Position numbers and translations under genes: made by a program. A stretch of DNA of 64,000 nucleotides, taken from Bulleidia sp. Lineage in GTDB: Bacteria > Bacteroidota > Bacteroidia > Bacteroidales > Bacteroidaceae. The DNA lies in the NCBI GenBank assembly GCA_963659135.1, contig CAVKSZ010000005.1, positions 1,565 through 65,564 of the forward strand, in the 5' to 3' direction. The notes beneath the pieces were generated by a model. That model did not search any database. It worked only from the letters and a program-made list of their open reading frames with translations, and was not told where the DNA came from. Of this stretch, positions 9,847-19,606 are shown one piece after another. Positions within the stretch are counted from its first letter, which is position 1. Every line of letters starts with the position of its first letter.

Positions 9847-10737
9847 TTATGCTGTTTTACGGTATTCTGATGGGGTAGTGCCGGTGTGCGTCTTGAAGAA
9901 GCGTACAAAGTGCTGCGGATATTCAAAGCCCAGTTGCTGGCTTATGGCGGTTATGCTCTTACTGTCGTCGGCCAAGAGTTGCTTGGCGGCTCGTATCAGC
10001 CGGTCGCTTATAAAGTCGCGCGCCGTACGACCCGTCTCTGTCTTAACCAGTTCGCCAAAATACTTGGTAGAGTAGCAACACTTGTCGGCAAAATAGCCTA
10101 CCGAGGGCAGTCCTTCGTGGGCAGCCTTGTCGCTGATGTAGCTGTCTAGCAGTTCGGAAAATTTCTTTACCACCGTGTGGTTTATCTCTTCGCGGGTAAC
10201 AAACTGGCGGTCGTAGAACCGCAGACAGTAGTTAAGCAGCAGTTCGATATTGCTTACTATCAGTTCGCGCGAGTGCTTGTCAATACTGCGGCCCAGTTCT
10301 TGGCGTATCATGTCTATCACGCTGCGAAATATCTCTATCTCGGCACACGATAGGTGCAGTGCCTCGTTAGAGGTGTAGTCAAAGAATTCGTAGCGACTTA
10401 TGTTGCGCCCCAGCTGGGTGCGGTTAAGCAGATCGGGGTGAAAAACCAGCGCTGTCCACTTGGGGAAAACCACATTGGGGTTAGGCTTTACGTGGATAGA
10501 CTGCCCTGGGGCAAAGCAGGTAACGGTCATCTCGTCGAAGTCGTACTTTGTACGGCCGTACGATAGTTCACAGCCCTTGTTCTCTTTTAGAAATAGGGCA
10601 TACAGATTATAGTGCACCGTGTGCTCCTCTTGCTTGGTTAGCTTGTCGTAGCGCATTACGCTCACCAGGGGATGCACCGTTTCCAGTCCGTACAGATCGT
10701 TGAAATCTTGTACCGAGTTAAAGAAAATTTCTTTCAT
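9847..10737 (-). CDS. AraC family transcriptional regulator
   Basis: C-terminal HTH: ISQQLGFEYPQHFVRFFKTHTGTTPSEYR. Confidence 0.92.
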   Translation of the reverse strand: MKEIFFNSVQDFNDLYGLETVHPLVSVMRYDKLTKQEEHTVHYNLYALFLKENKGCELSYGRTKYDFDEMTVTCFAPGQSIHVKPNPNVVFPKWTALVFHPDLLNRTQLGRNISRYEFFDYTSNEALHLSCAEIEIFRSVIDMIRQELGRSIDKHSRELIVSNIELLLNYCLRFYDRQFVTREEINHTVVKKFSELLDSYISDKAAHEGLPSVGYFADKCCYSTKYFGELVKTETGRTARDFISDRLIRAAKQLLADDSKSITAISQQLGFEYPQHFVRFFKTHTGTTPSEYRKTA

Positions 10738-12497
10738 AGGCTGATGATATTCATTATATCTTCTACTATCTGATGGTCAAGCATACGGTTGTCTGATAGT
10801 AGTTCTTCTACATTGTAGCGGTCGTATAGCCCTTTCTTTATACCGCCTACCAGCACCTTCATATCCGTTGTGCCGTAGTACGACGCTATACGCTCGCCAA
10901 AGCCACCGTCCTTGCATCCGTCTTCCAGCGTTACTACCAGCTGGTGGTCGCTCTTTAGTGCTTCCAGACATTCAGCATCTACTGCATTAAGATAGCGGGG
11001 ATTGACGAGAGTTGCGTTGATACCCTTTTCGGCCAGCAGTTGTACTACGGCTTCGCCTTTCTGATAGAACGAACCGGCAGCTATCACGGCCACGGTATTA
11101 CCCTTATGTGTTATCTTGTACTGTGGTGTGTAGGCATAGTCGGTATCTACCTTATCGCTAGTGTGTACCACTCCGCCGCTGGGCATACGCAGGGCTATAG
11201 GCATGCTGTCTTGGCGTATGGCCCATGCCAGCATGGCAAAGTATTCTTCACAGGTGGTGGGCGCAAGATATATCAGTCCGGGAATGCTGCACAGCATAGG
11301 TATGTCGAACAGGCAGATGTGGGTAATATCGTTAAGCGAGCGCACACCGCCGGCTACCACGTTGATAACGGCAGGGTTGGCGTTTATACATAGGTCTTGA
11401 GCTATCTGGTCGTAAGTGCGCTGTACAAAGGTGCTGTATACCGTCCATACGGGATGCAGTCCGCCCTTTGCCATTCCCGATATCATAGCTACGGCTTGCT
11501 CTTCGGCTATACCCATGTCTATGTGCTGCTTACCGGCCAGTTGTCGCTTCTCGGCAGTAAATCCGGCTGCGGTAGGTGTGCCGGCTGTAACGGCTATTAG
11601 GGTACTGTCGTGCTTCATTTGGTTCAGCATCCAGTTGCTTAACAGCTCTTCATAGGTTTCTTGCGTGCCGTAGTCGGGCTTACTGCCATCGTTGCGGTTA
11701 AAGGGCATGCTCCAGTGCCAAGCCTCTTTATTAGCTACGGCTGGCGCAAAGCCATGTCCCTTCTCGGTATGTATATGTACTACCGTAGGGCGAGTAGTGT
11801 CTTTAACGCTTTGGAATAGAGCTATGAGTTTTTCTACATCATTGCCCTCTTCCAGATATTTGTAGTCGAAGCCCCAAGCCTTAAACCAGTTGTGCTGACA
11901 TGTGCCCTGGCTCTGGCGCAGTGCTCTTAGATTCTTGTATATACCGCCGTGGTTTTCGGCTATCGACATTTCGTTGTCGTTAACCACAATAATGATGCCC
12001 GTACCCAGCTCAGAGGCTTCGTCCAGACCTTCAAAGGCCTCGCCGCCCGATAGCGATCCGTCGCCTATTACGGCTATTATGTTTTCGTGGGTTCCCTTTA
12101 TGTCGCGCGCCTTTTGCAGGCCGGTAGCCAGGCTTATAGAGGTAGAGGTGTGGCCTACCTCAAAGTTGTCGTATACCGGACTCTCTGAGGGCGAAGAATA
12201 TCCCGATACGGCATTCATATCATCTGCATTGCCCAAGAATCCGGCTGCACGCCCGGTAAGTATCTTATGGGGATAACTCTGGTGGCTTACGTCGAATACT
12301 ATCTTGTCTTCGGGAGCATTGAATACATAGTGCAGAGCCACGGTTGCCTCTACAAATCCAAGGTTAGGACCTACGTGTCCGCCGTGCTTGCTTACACGGT
12401 TGAGTACGGCATCGCGGGTTTCGGCGGCTACAGTGTTCAGAGCCTCTATGCTAAGACTCTTCAGGTCGGCTGGTGACTTAATCTTCTCTATATACAT
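10734..12497 (-). CDS. dxs: 1-deoxy-D-xylulose-5-phosphate synthase
   Basis: FDVSHQSYPHKILTGR, GHTSTSIS, GDGSLSGG..FEGL, NDNEMSI, HTEKGHG and DMGIAEE motifs. Start MYIEK chosen because the -7 promoter box overlaps the ORF-track start. Confidence 0.92.
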   Translation of the reverse strand: MYIEKIKSPADLKSLSIEALNTVAAETRDAVLNRVSKHGGHVGPNLGFVEATVALHYVFNAPEDKIVFDVSHQSYPHKILTGRAAGFLGNADDMNAVSGYSSPSESPVYDNFEVGHTSTSISLATGLQKARDIKGTHENIIAVIGDGSLSGGEAFEGLDEASELGTGIIIVVNDNEMSIAENHGGIYKNLRALRQSQGTCQHNWFKAWGFDYKYLEEGNDVEKLIALFQSVKDTTRPTVVHIHTEKGHGFAPAVANKEAWHWSMPFNRNDGSKPDYGTQETYEELLSNWMLNQMKHDSTLIAVTAGTPTAAGFTAEKRQLAGKQHIDMGIAEEQAVAMISGMAKGGLHPVWTVYSTFVQRTYDQIAQDLCINANPAVINVVAGGVRSLNDITHICLFDIPMLCSIPGLIYLAPTTCEEYFAMLAWAIRQDSMPIALRMPSGGVVHTSDKVDTDYAYTPQYKITHKGNTVAVIAAGSFYQKGEAVVQLLAEKGINATLVNPRYLNAVDAECLEALKSDHQLVVTLEDGCKDGGFGERIASYYGTTDMKVLVGGIKKGLYDRYNVEELLSDNRMLDHQIVEDIMNIISL

Positions 12498-12530
12498 ATT
12501 ATTATATATTAATGTTAGTTTTATCGGGAG

Positions 12531-12538
12531 CAAAGTTA
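12531..12538 (-). promoter_or_regulatory. Bacteroidetes -7 promoter element for the dxs operon
   Basis: TAACTTTG on the minus strand, 33 nt upstream of the ATG. Confidence 0.6.
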
Positions 12539-12686
12539 CCTAACCTTCTGCAACTTTGCCTTACCCATAAAGCGGAGAATATAACCACAATTCCGTTTTG
12601 TGAAAAGATAGCCTTAAAAGTATTTTTTAGAATCACCCTAAAACCATAAAAGCGCCGCATATCGTAAGATATACAGCGCTCTTAAG

Positions 12687-12757
12687 TTGTTCTAGGCGGA
12701 TTCGAACCACCACAAACAGAACCAAAACCTGTTGTGCTACCATTACACCATAGAACA
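12687..12757 (-). tRNA. tRNA-Gln (TTG)
   Basis: Reverse complement TGTTCTATGGTGTAATGGTAGCACAACAGGTTTTGGTTCTGTTTGTGGTGGTTCGAATCCGCCTAGAACAA. Acceptor stem, ACAGG/TCTGT anticodon stem with TTG, GTTCGAATCC T-loop. CCA not encoded. Confidence 0.95.
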
Positions 12758-12767
12758 ATCTGGAGTG

Positions 12768-12799
12768 CAAAATTACCAAAATAATTGACAATACCCAAA
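12768..12799 (-). promoter_or_regulatory. Bacteroidetes sigma-70 promoter for tRNA-Gln
   Basis: TTTG-N20-TAATTTTG on the minus strand. Confidence 0.7.
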
Positions 12800-12938
12800 T
12801 TTTGTGCTTTTTTTTTGCTTTTCTTTCTGCTTCTTCTATCTAAAAAGCCCCAATTCTTGCCAAAATCCCCTTTTTATGGTGCATTTTCTACACCAAAAGT
12901 TAGTATCTATCGCCGGCATAATCATCATTTTTTTCCTT

Positions 12939-13020
12939 GCTGGCGGCCGACGGCAGTTCTGTCCACGGTCGTCAACAGAAATGCCCACGGCCGTAAACAA
13001 CTTGTACTACGGCCGTGGGC
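12939..13020. repeat. 4 x 22-bp quasi-palindromic array (copy 1 of 5)
   Basis: gctggcggccgacggc-agttct-gtccacggtcgtcaac-agaaat-gcccacggccgtaaac-aacttg-tactacggccgtgggc. Confidence 0.9.
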
Positions 13021-13101
13021 ACTCCATAAAAAGGTAAATTCCCATCGGGAACTTAAACTCTTAAAGGTATAAAAAACTAAATGGGGTAGCGGTTTTATGC
13101 G

Positions 13102-14424
13102 TTAGAACGCTATGGCAAACGATAGTCCGGCAGCCAAGGTGCTCATCCACTCGCGCGAGCCTTTACTGTGCGAGGGCAGCAGATTGTAGTCTACAAACAG
13201 CCTACTGTTGTAGTGCTCGGCAGCGCGGTAAGTAACCGATAGACCGGTACCAAAGGTGGCACTATCGCGAGTGCCTACATCCATACTCTTAAGTCTTAGA
13301 CGGGGGTAGTGTACATATCCTGCCAGGGCTTTGCTGCCTATCTGCCAACGGGGTGCAAGGGGCAGTGAGAAGTAGGCTCCGGCGTAAGCCGATACGGCAT
13401 CAAAGGTGTGGTCTTCGGCCACGGTGCCGTCGGTAATAATGTGCGTGTTGGTTACGGTAAAGCGTCCGCCCACACCCACGTATGGGTTAAAGAAGTAGGC
13501 TCCCTCTACACCGGCGGTAGAACCTGCCGAGGTGCTGAATTCGTGTTCCTCGTCAATGTCGTATTCGCTCAAGGGAATGTTCATACCCACGTATATGCCC
13601 AAGAACGATGGGCGCTGCATCATATCGAACTTATAGTTTTTCTCGTGGCGGGTTATGCCTCGTTCTTTGAACAGCTTGTCGGTAATCCAGTATCCCAGTT
13701 CGGTGGCTATAATACCTACGCCGGCTCCGGTAAGCACGTCGCTCAGCCAGTGCTTGTTGTTAACCACGCGCATCAGTCCGGTAGCTGTAGCAACCGAGTA
13801 GCTGCCTATGCTTATCCACGGACTAATGTGGCCGTACTCCTTGCTAAGCATGGTGGCGGTCATAAAGGCTGTGGCGGTGTGGCCCGATGGGAACGAGTGG
13901 TTATCGGTACCGTCGGGGCGTTCTACGTTGGATGTTAGCTTTACACTCTCTACCACGGCACCCATAATGGCTGCCGACATGGCGCCCGATGTTATCATTC
14001 TACTCCACGAACTACGACTCTCTACCCCGGCAGTTTTCAGTCCCAGCATAACCAGGCCGGGTAAGAATTGGGTGTAGTCGTCTACGTGGTTGCGGTATTC
14101 GGGCAGATAGTCGTGGCGCAGACCGCGGAAGTGAGCGTCCTGCCCCTTTACCAGCAGTCCGGCAGCTATCAGCGGAACGCCAAGATACGCCGATTGGTAT
14201 AGACTCGACTTCTTCTTGGTGGTTCCCATAGCCGTAGCCGTAGTGTCTGTAGTTTGCAGGCTAATAATACTAACGGCATCAGGCTGCGTGGCGTTGCTGA
14301 TAGAGCTGGTAGTGGCAGCTATGCTGTCAGTTAGATTATCGTCTGCTGTTTGGGCTGTAGCCACACTGGGCAGCGATACGGTAATAGCTATTGTGGCTAT
14401 TACGTCAAGGCGGTTAAAGTTCAT
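13102..14424 (-). CDS. PAP2-family phosphatase with a C-terminal outer-membrane beta-barrel-like domain
   Basis: K..V.RP, SFPSGHT and R.V.NKHWLSDV PAP2 motifs. Signal peptide. C-terminal alternating beta strands ending in aromatic F. Confidence 0.8.
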   Translation of the reverse strand: MNFNRLDVIATIAITVSLPSVATAQTADDNLTDSIAATTSSISNATQPDAVSIISLQTTDTTATAMGTTKKKSSLYQSAYLGVPLIAAGLLVKGQDAHFRGLRHDYLPEYRNHVDDYTQFLPGLVMLGLKTAGVESRSSWSRMITSGAMSAAIMGAVVESVKLTSNVERPDGTDNHSFPSGHTATAFMTATMLSKEYGHISPWISIGSYSVATATGLMRVVNNKHWLSDVLTGAGVGIIATELGYWITDKLFKERGITRHEKNYKFDMMQRPSFLGIYVGMNIPLSEYDIDEEHEFSTSAGSTAGVEGAYFFNPYVGVGGRFTVTNTHIITDGTVAEDHTFDAVSAYAGAYFSLPLAPRWQIGSKALAGYVHYPRLRLKSMDVGTRDSATFGTGLSVTYRAAEHYNSRLFVDYNLLPSHSKGSREWMSTLAAGLSFAIAF

Positions 14425-16277
14425 AGTTCCTGATCTTTACGGATAAGAGCCAGCAGATGGTCTACGGCCAGTTCTTCGGGAATATTCTTTTCTACACACT
14501 CCTGTCGGCGGTATAGCGATACGCGGTTAACTCCGGCACCTACGTAGCCGTAATCGGCATCGGCCATTTCGCCCGGACCATTAACAATGCATCCCATAAT
14601 GCCTATTTTGAGTCCCTTCATGTGGGCGGTAGCTTGCTTGATGCGAGCTATGGTAGTGCGAAGGTCGTATAGCGTGCGTCCGCAGCCCGGGCACGATATG
14701 TATTCGGTTTTGCTTACGCGCAGTCGGGCAGCTTGCAGTATGGCAAAGGCTGTGGCTGCTATATCGTCAGCTTTTACCGTGCCTTGGTTCATCAGCCATA
14801 TACCGTCGGTCAGACCGTCTATCATCAGTGCACCCATGTCAGCGGCAGCGTCTAGCTGTAAGTCGGCTTTACTGTCGGTTTGGTACATCTGTGCGAAAAT
14901 TACGGGGTTGGTAAGTCCGTGGGTTGTCATTTCGTGAACCATGGCGCGCTGGTCGCCCGTGGGATTGGCGTGGTGGGTCATTACCACTACCACTACCTCG
15001 GGATGCGCCTTTAGGCACGCCACGTATTCTTCGGTAGGCGTACCAAACTGCAGAACAAGGAATTTTATCTTGCTATTGTCCATACCAATAAAGGGCATGG
15101 CTTGGGCTGGGAATATGGGGTATACTTGCTGTAAACCTTCTGTCCGCAGTGATGGCACAGCATTAAAGTCGGCTATATAGGCTTGTTGCGGGTTGACGTT
15201 TTCGGGCTTTTGATTACCTATATAGATATAGTCGGGCTGGCGGTCGGCGTCGGCAGTTTCAGGCATGGCGCTGGTTATCACTACAGGCACATGGTTTCCG
15301 CCTATATTGCCTACGGCAGTGGTCTTGCGTCTTGTGGGGTGTAGCCAGTTAAGCTCGCTAGCTTCTTGTGCGGGTATTAGGCGATGTCCGGCACGGCAGG
15401 TAAAATGATTGGCCAATCGGCGGGCTACCGGAATTTCGGCTTCGGGCTCTTCTGAGAGCGATACGCGTATGGTGTCGCCTATACCGTCAGCAAGTAGGGC
15501 TCCTATACCTACTGCACTCTTAATGCGTCCGTCTTCTCCCTCGCCGGCTTCGGTAACGCCAAGGTGCAGCGGATAGTGCATGTCTTCTTTATCCAGTTGT
15601 GCCACCAGCAGGCGAACCGACTGTACCATAACAACCGTGTTAGAGGCCTTGATAGAGATTACTACGTCATCGAATTTCTCTTTCTTACAGATGCGCAGAA
15701 ACTCCATGCAGCTTTCTACTATGCCCTCGGGTGTATCGCCATAACGATTACGAATTCGGTCGCTCAGCGAACCGTGGTTTACACCTATACGTATAGCGGT
15801 ATGATGTTCGCGGCAGATGTTCAGGAAAGGAACAAAACGCTCTTCTATCTTTTTAAGTTCGTTGGCATACTCTTCGTCGGTATACTCCAGGTGTACAAAC
15901 TTGCGAGCTGGGTCTACGTAGTTGCCGGGGTTGATACGCACCTTCTCGGCATATAGTGCAGCCACGTCGGCCACGTTAGGATTGAAGTGTATGTCGGCTG
16001 CCAGCGGTGTATTGTAACCATCGGCACGCAGTGCAGCGTTGATATTCTTCAGATTCTCGGCCTCTCGAGAGCCTTGCGTGGTAAGTCTTACCAACTCGCC
16101 ACCTGCCTCTACTATTCTTTCAGTCTGTTCTACACACGCCTGGGTATCGTTGGTGTTTGTGGTGGTCATCGACTGGATGCGTATGGGGTTGTTTCCACCC
16201 ATATTTATCGCTCCGATGTGTACCTCTGATGTTTCCCTGCGGTGATAGTTAAAAAGATCAGTTACACTTGTACTCAT
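14421..16277 (-). CDS. ispG: 4-hydroxy-3-methylbut-2-en-1-yl diphosphate synthase (long form)
   Basis: IQSMTT, ADIHFNP, RINPGN, RIGVNHGSL, HLGVTEAG, SCPGCGR and MGCIVNGPGE motifs. Confidence 0.95.
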   Translation of the reverse strand: MSTSVTDLFNYHRRETSEVHIGAINMGGNNPIRIQSMTTTNTNDTQACVEQTERIVEAGGELVRLTTQGSREAENLKNINAALRADGYNTPLAADIHFNPNVADVAALYAEKVRINPGNYVDPARKFVHLEYTDEEYANELKKIEERFVPFLNICREHHTAIRIGVNHGSLSDRIRNRYGDTPEGIVESCMEFLRICKKEKFDDVVISIKASNTVVMVQSVRLLVAQLDKEDMHYPLHLGVTEAGEGEDGRIKSAVGIGALLADGIGDTIRVSLSEEPEAEIPVARRLANHFTCRAGHRLIPAQEASELNWLHPTRRKTTAVGNIGGNHVPVVITSAMPETADADRQPDYIYIGNQKPENVNPQQAYIADFNAVPSLRTEGLQQVYPIFPAQAMPFIGMDNSKIKFLVLQFGTPTEEYVACLKAHPEVVVVVMTHHANPTGDQRAMVHEMTTHGLTNPVIFAQMYQTDSKADLQLDAAADMGALMIDGLTDGIWLMNQGTVKADDIAATAFAILQAARLRVSKTEYISCPGCGRTLYDLRTTIARIKQATAHMKGLKIGIMGCIVNGPGEMADADYGYVGAGVNRVSLYRRQECVEKNIPEELAVDHLLALIRKDQEL

Positions 16278-16767
16278 ATTCTTTTATTTCTGCCAGGTCT
16301 TTGTTGGCCTTTTCTATCTTCTCGCCTAAACTGGCTTTCCACTCGGCTACTGCCTTGGCTACTTTTTCATCGCTTAGCGCAATCATTTCGGCAGCCAGTA
16401 TGGCGGCATTCTGTGCAGCGTTTACGCCCACGGTAGCTACGGGTATGCCCGGTGGCATCTGTATTATGCTAAGCATGGCATCTAATCCGTCTAACATGCC
16501 CTTGATAGGTACACCGATAACGGGTAGAGTGGTCGAGGCTGCAATTACTCCGGGTAGAGCGGCAGCCATTCCGGCAGCAGCTATGATTACTTTTACGCCA
16601 CGTTCTTTGGCTCCTTTGGCAAAAGCTTCTACGGCGGCAGGAGTGCGGTGGGCCGAGAGGGCGTTAACTTCGAACGGAATCTGGTTGGCGTTAAGCCACT
16701 TGCATGCTTTTTCCATAACGGGCAGATCGCTTGTGCTGCCCATAATAATGCTTACTATTGGATTCAT
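16258..16767 (-). CDS. purE: N5-carboxyaminoimidazole ribonucleotide mutase
   Basis: IIMGSTSDL, SAHRTP, AGMAAALPG and QMPPGIPVATV motifs. Confidence 0.96.
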   Translation of the reverse strand: MNPIVSIIMGSTSDLPVMEKACKWLNANQIPFEVNALSAHRTPAAVEAFAKGAKERGVKVIIAAAGMAAALPGVIAASTTLPVIGVPIKGMLDGLDAMLSIIQMPPGIPVATVGVNAAQNAAILAAEMIALSDEKVAKAVAEWKASLGEKIEKANKDLAEIKEYEYKCN

Positions 16768-16800
16768 AGTTATATATGTGTACAGAGTTATAGTATACTA

Positions 16801-17412
16801 TTATATTATGATAATAAAACCTAAGATGATGCCTATTCCGTAGCCAGCCATAACTTGAGCTAGTGTGTGCTGGTGCAGAATAATTCTACTTGATCCCACC
16901 ATACCCGATATAAGTAGTGTAAAGCATAACCACCATACCGGGTTAAAGCCGAAGAGCATTGAGAAGGCTGTTAGAGCCCCCGTTACACCACCTATGGCAG
17001 CGGTGTGGGTAGATATTTTCCACCAAACGTTGATAATGACGCACGCTATCTGTATAAGCAGGGCTGCCATGAGTATACGCGCCATAAAACTGGGTATGTG
17101 CATACGGCTCATCATATAGTAGCAGGCAAAATAGCAGAATATAGAGATAGCATAGGGTACCATACGGCGCTCCTTGACACCCGTTTGTTGTGGCGTCCAG
17201 CCCCTGTGGCGGTGATATAAATGAATTAGCAGCGTAGGGATTAGTATGGTAAATAGATAGACCATGCCCAGCACCAGTAGTTTGTAGCCCCAGGGAAGCA
17301 GAGCCAAATAACTGAAGGCGAAAAGGGCTATCAGACCTACTATAGGCAGGTAAAATGGGGTGAAGATAGCGCTCATTATGCGCGCTGCAAGAATTATTTT
17401 CTTAGTGTTCAT
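16801..17412 (-). CDS. Integral membrane protein (PAP2-like)
   Basis: Several hydrophobic helices; WWKISTH and SRIILHQHT motifs; translationally coupled to rpoN. Confidence 0.7.
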   Translation of the reverse strand: MNTKKIILAARIMSAIFTPFYLPIVGLIALFAFSYLALLPWGYKLLVLGMVYLFTILIPTLLIHLYHRHRGWTPQQTGVKERRMVPYAISIFCYFACYYMMSRMHIPSFMARILMAALLIQIACVIINVWWKISTHTAAIGGVTGALTAFSMLFGFNPVWWLCFTLLISGMVGSSRIILHQHTLAQVMAGYGIGIILGFIIII

Positions 17413-18908
17413 CGTCTTAGTCGTGCTACGGGAATACCCAGGCGGTCGCGATATTTGGCTATGGTGCGTCGAGCTACAGGCATTCCTATCTCCTTCATCT
17501 TCTCTGCCAAAACCTCGTCGCTCAGTGGGGCTCGCTTGTCTTCCTTATCAATTATATCTTTAAGGGCTGCCAGCACGCGGCGTGTAGATGCTTCTTCGCC
17601 GTTGCTGTCGGTATATCCATCGTTGAAGAAGAATTTTAACGGATGTATGCCCCATTGTGTCTGAACGTATTTGGCATTTGCCACGCGTGATATGGTAGAC
17701 TTATCTAGTTGGGTTACGGCTTCTATGTCTTTGAGTTTCATAGGGCGAAGGTCGCTCTCGTCGCCGTCTAAGAAGTATTGGCGTTGCCAGTCGATAATGG
17801 CCTGTGTTACCAGGTTGAGCGTTTGCCGGCGCTGTTCTACTGCCCGTATAAATCCTCGTGCTTTATCTATTTTCTCTTTGGCAAAGAGAATGGCTTCTTT
17901 GGCGTTGCGGTTCAGTCCGTCTTTGTTGCGCTTGTAGCTATCTACCATGTCTTGAAACTCCTGACTTACGCGCAGAGGCGGAATGTCACCGTCGTTTAGG
18001 GTGAAGGTTATCTGCCCGTTGTCGCCATTGTCTATGGTAATATCGGGGGTTATCTGTTGCCATTTCCCGTTGGATATACCATCGTATGCCACACCGGGTT
18101 TGGGATTTAGTCTTGATAGTTGTGTGCGCAGTGCTTCGGTCTGCACATCGCTCAGCTGTAGACTCTGCTGTATCTTGTCCCACTGGTTGTGCGTGAAGGT
18201 CTTATAGTGGCGTGTTAGCACGGCAAGCATAAGCTGCTTTATGCGTGAGTCTTCGCGCCGTTTGGTCTGTATAAGCAGACATTCTTGCAGTGAGCGTGCC
18301 CCTACGCCCGGCGGGTCGAACGTTTGAAGAATGGATAGTATACGTTCTATTTCGCTTTCGGGTACATCTATATTGTTGTATATAGCCAGTTCGTCGCAGA
18401 TGGTGCTGATATCCTTGCGCAACAGTCCGTCGGCCTCTATCGACCCTATCAGATATTCCAGTATGGCGTGCTCGGTTTCTGAGAGTTGCAACTCCATCAT
18501 CTGCTCTTTTAGTTGGTCGTAGAACGATGGTATATCGGCCTCGTATTGTGCCGGTTCTACAGCGTCTGTCCATTGATTGTAGCTGTCGGCTGGCGATGCT
18601 TCATCGTCGTTGTCGCCTAGTTGCTCCAGTGCATTGTCCAGTGCATCTTTGCGTTCTTCGCGTTCGTTTTGCTCGTCAAAGTTTTCGTCGGTCTCGTCGT
18701 GTTCAGACCCATTGTCGGTAAGCGCATGCTCATCGTGCTCTTCGCCCCGTTCTAGTGCAGGGTTATCGTTAAGCTCGGTATTTACCCGCTCGGCTATTTC
18801 GGCTGCGGGCATTTCGAGCATCCTTACCAGCATCATCTGCTGCTGGGTAAGGTGTTGTTGTTGAATGAGTTTTTGCTGTTGTTCCTGAATTAAACGTAAC
18901 TCGTTCAT
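17409..18908 (-). CDS. rpoN: RNA polymerase sigma-54 factor
   Basis: Gln/Leu-rich region I, acidic region II, DPPGVGARSLQECLLIQ, STISRV and RpoN box ARRTIAKYR. Confidence 0.96.
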   Translation of the reverse strand: MNELRLIQEQQQKLIQQQHLTQQQMMLVRMLEMPAAEIAERVNTELNDNPALERGEEHDEHALTDNGSEHDETDENFDEQNEREERKDALDNALEQLGDNDDEASPADSYNQWTDAVEPAQYEADIPSFYDQLKEQMMELQLSETEHAILEYLIGSIEADGLLRKDISTICDELAIYNNIDVPESEIERILSILQTFDPPGVGARSLQECLLIQTKRREDSRIKQLMLAVLTRHYKTFTHNQWDKIQQSLQLSDVQTEALRTQLSRLNPKPGVAYDGISNGKWQQITPDITIDNGDNGQITFTLNDGDIPPLRVSQEFQDMVDSYKRNKDGLNRNAKEAILFAKEKIDKARGFIRAVEQRRQTLNLVTQAIIDWQRQYFLDGDESDLRPMKLKDIEAVTQLDKSTISRVANAKYVQTQWGIHPLKFFFNDGYTDSNGEEASTRRVLAALKDIIDKEDKRAPLSDEVLAEKMKEIGMPVARRTIAKYRDRLGIPVARLRR

Positions 18909-18924
18909 AAACCTTGAGTATATC

Positions 18925-19572
18925 TTACTTGAAATATTCTTTTATTTGCGCTGCCACGGCGGCCAGGTTGTTAGGGTCGTCGTACCCGAATCGTTGCCAT
19001 ACGGTGTGGCAGGGCTGGCTTAGAGGTTCTTCTGCTACGGCTGGCCTGTTAAGGCATGGGTCGAAACTTTGGTATATCTCCATGACATGGCATATCTCTT
19101 GGGTGCTGATGCCTATCAGTTTTGCCAGTTCTGCTATTTCGGGCGTTTCTGGAACCATGGTGTTAGGCACCAGACCGAAATACAGGTTGAGTATCAGTAT
19201 AAGCTGTATGGGAATTATGCCCGTATCGGCAATGGGTTTGAACTCGTTTTCCCACGACATGCCGTTAGTCTCTACGCCTTGATAGAAAGTGTTGGCCTGC
19301 CCAAATCCATTCATGCGGCGCAGTAGGTTAACCTCTTTCTTGAGTAGATTGGGGTGAGACTCGTACTTATTCCAGAGTTGCTGAATTACGGGGGTATCTA
19401 TCTGTTGTAGGCGTATCATCTTGGCTTGCAGAATGCGTGGCTCGATATGTAGCTCTAATGCCAGTTGTACCAAGTGTTGCGCATAGAGCGGCTTTACCCC
19501 AACGGGTTTTTCCAGGTACAACTGCATAAGCAGCAACCAGTAATTGTCAGACCAAGATGCGTTTTTTGCCAT
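18925..19572 (-). CDS. Hypothetical protein (first gene of the rpoN run)
   Basis: 215-aa ORF co-oriented with rpoN, with a -7 box TAACTTTG at 19596-19603. Confidence 0.75.
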   Translation of the reverse strand: MAKNASWSDNYWLLLMQLYLEKPVGVKPLYAQHLVQLALELHIEPRILQAKMIRLQQIDTPVIQQLWNKYESHPNLLKKEVNLLRRMNGFGQANTFYQGVETNGMSWENEFKPIADTGIIPIQLILILNLYFGLVPNTMVPETPEIAELAKLIGISTQEICHVMEIYQSFDPCLNRPAVAEEPLSQPCHTVWQRFGYDDPNNLAAVAAQIKEYFK

Positions 19573-19606
19573 TCCTTATATATTATATATAGGTGCAAAG
19601 TTAGCG

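Noticed and set aside
9843..9926. ORF-track N-terminal extensions (CMD 9926, dxs 12533, serpin 33080, prmC 43253, secDF 52619, lacI 59770, rbsK 59803)
   Set aside because: They overlap neighbouring genes or promoter boxes; downstream ATGs give family-typical N-termini
12600..12757. Prophage or integrative element at tRNA-Gln
   Set aside because: No integrase, phage genes or duplicated tRNA 3' end found in the window
12785..13072. Short ORFs over the arrays (12785, 12804, 22167, 32840, 55343) sharing PTAV/GRG peptides
   Set aside because: The shared peptides are simply translations of the DNA palindrome. The 22-bp period is not a multiple of 3, and most starts are TTG with no protein-like features.
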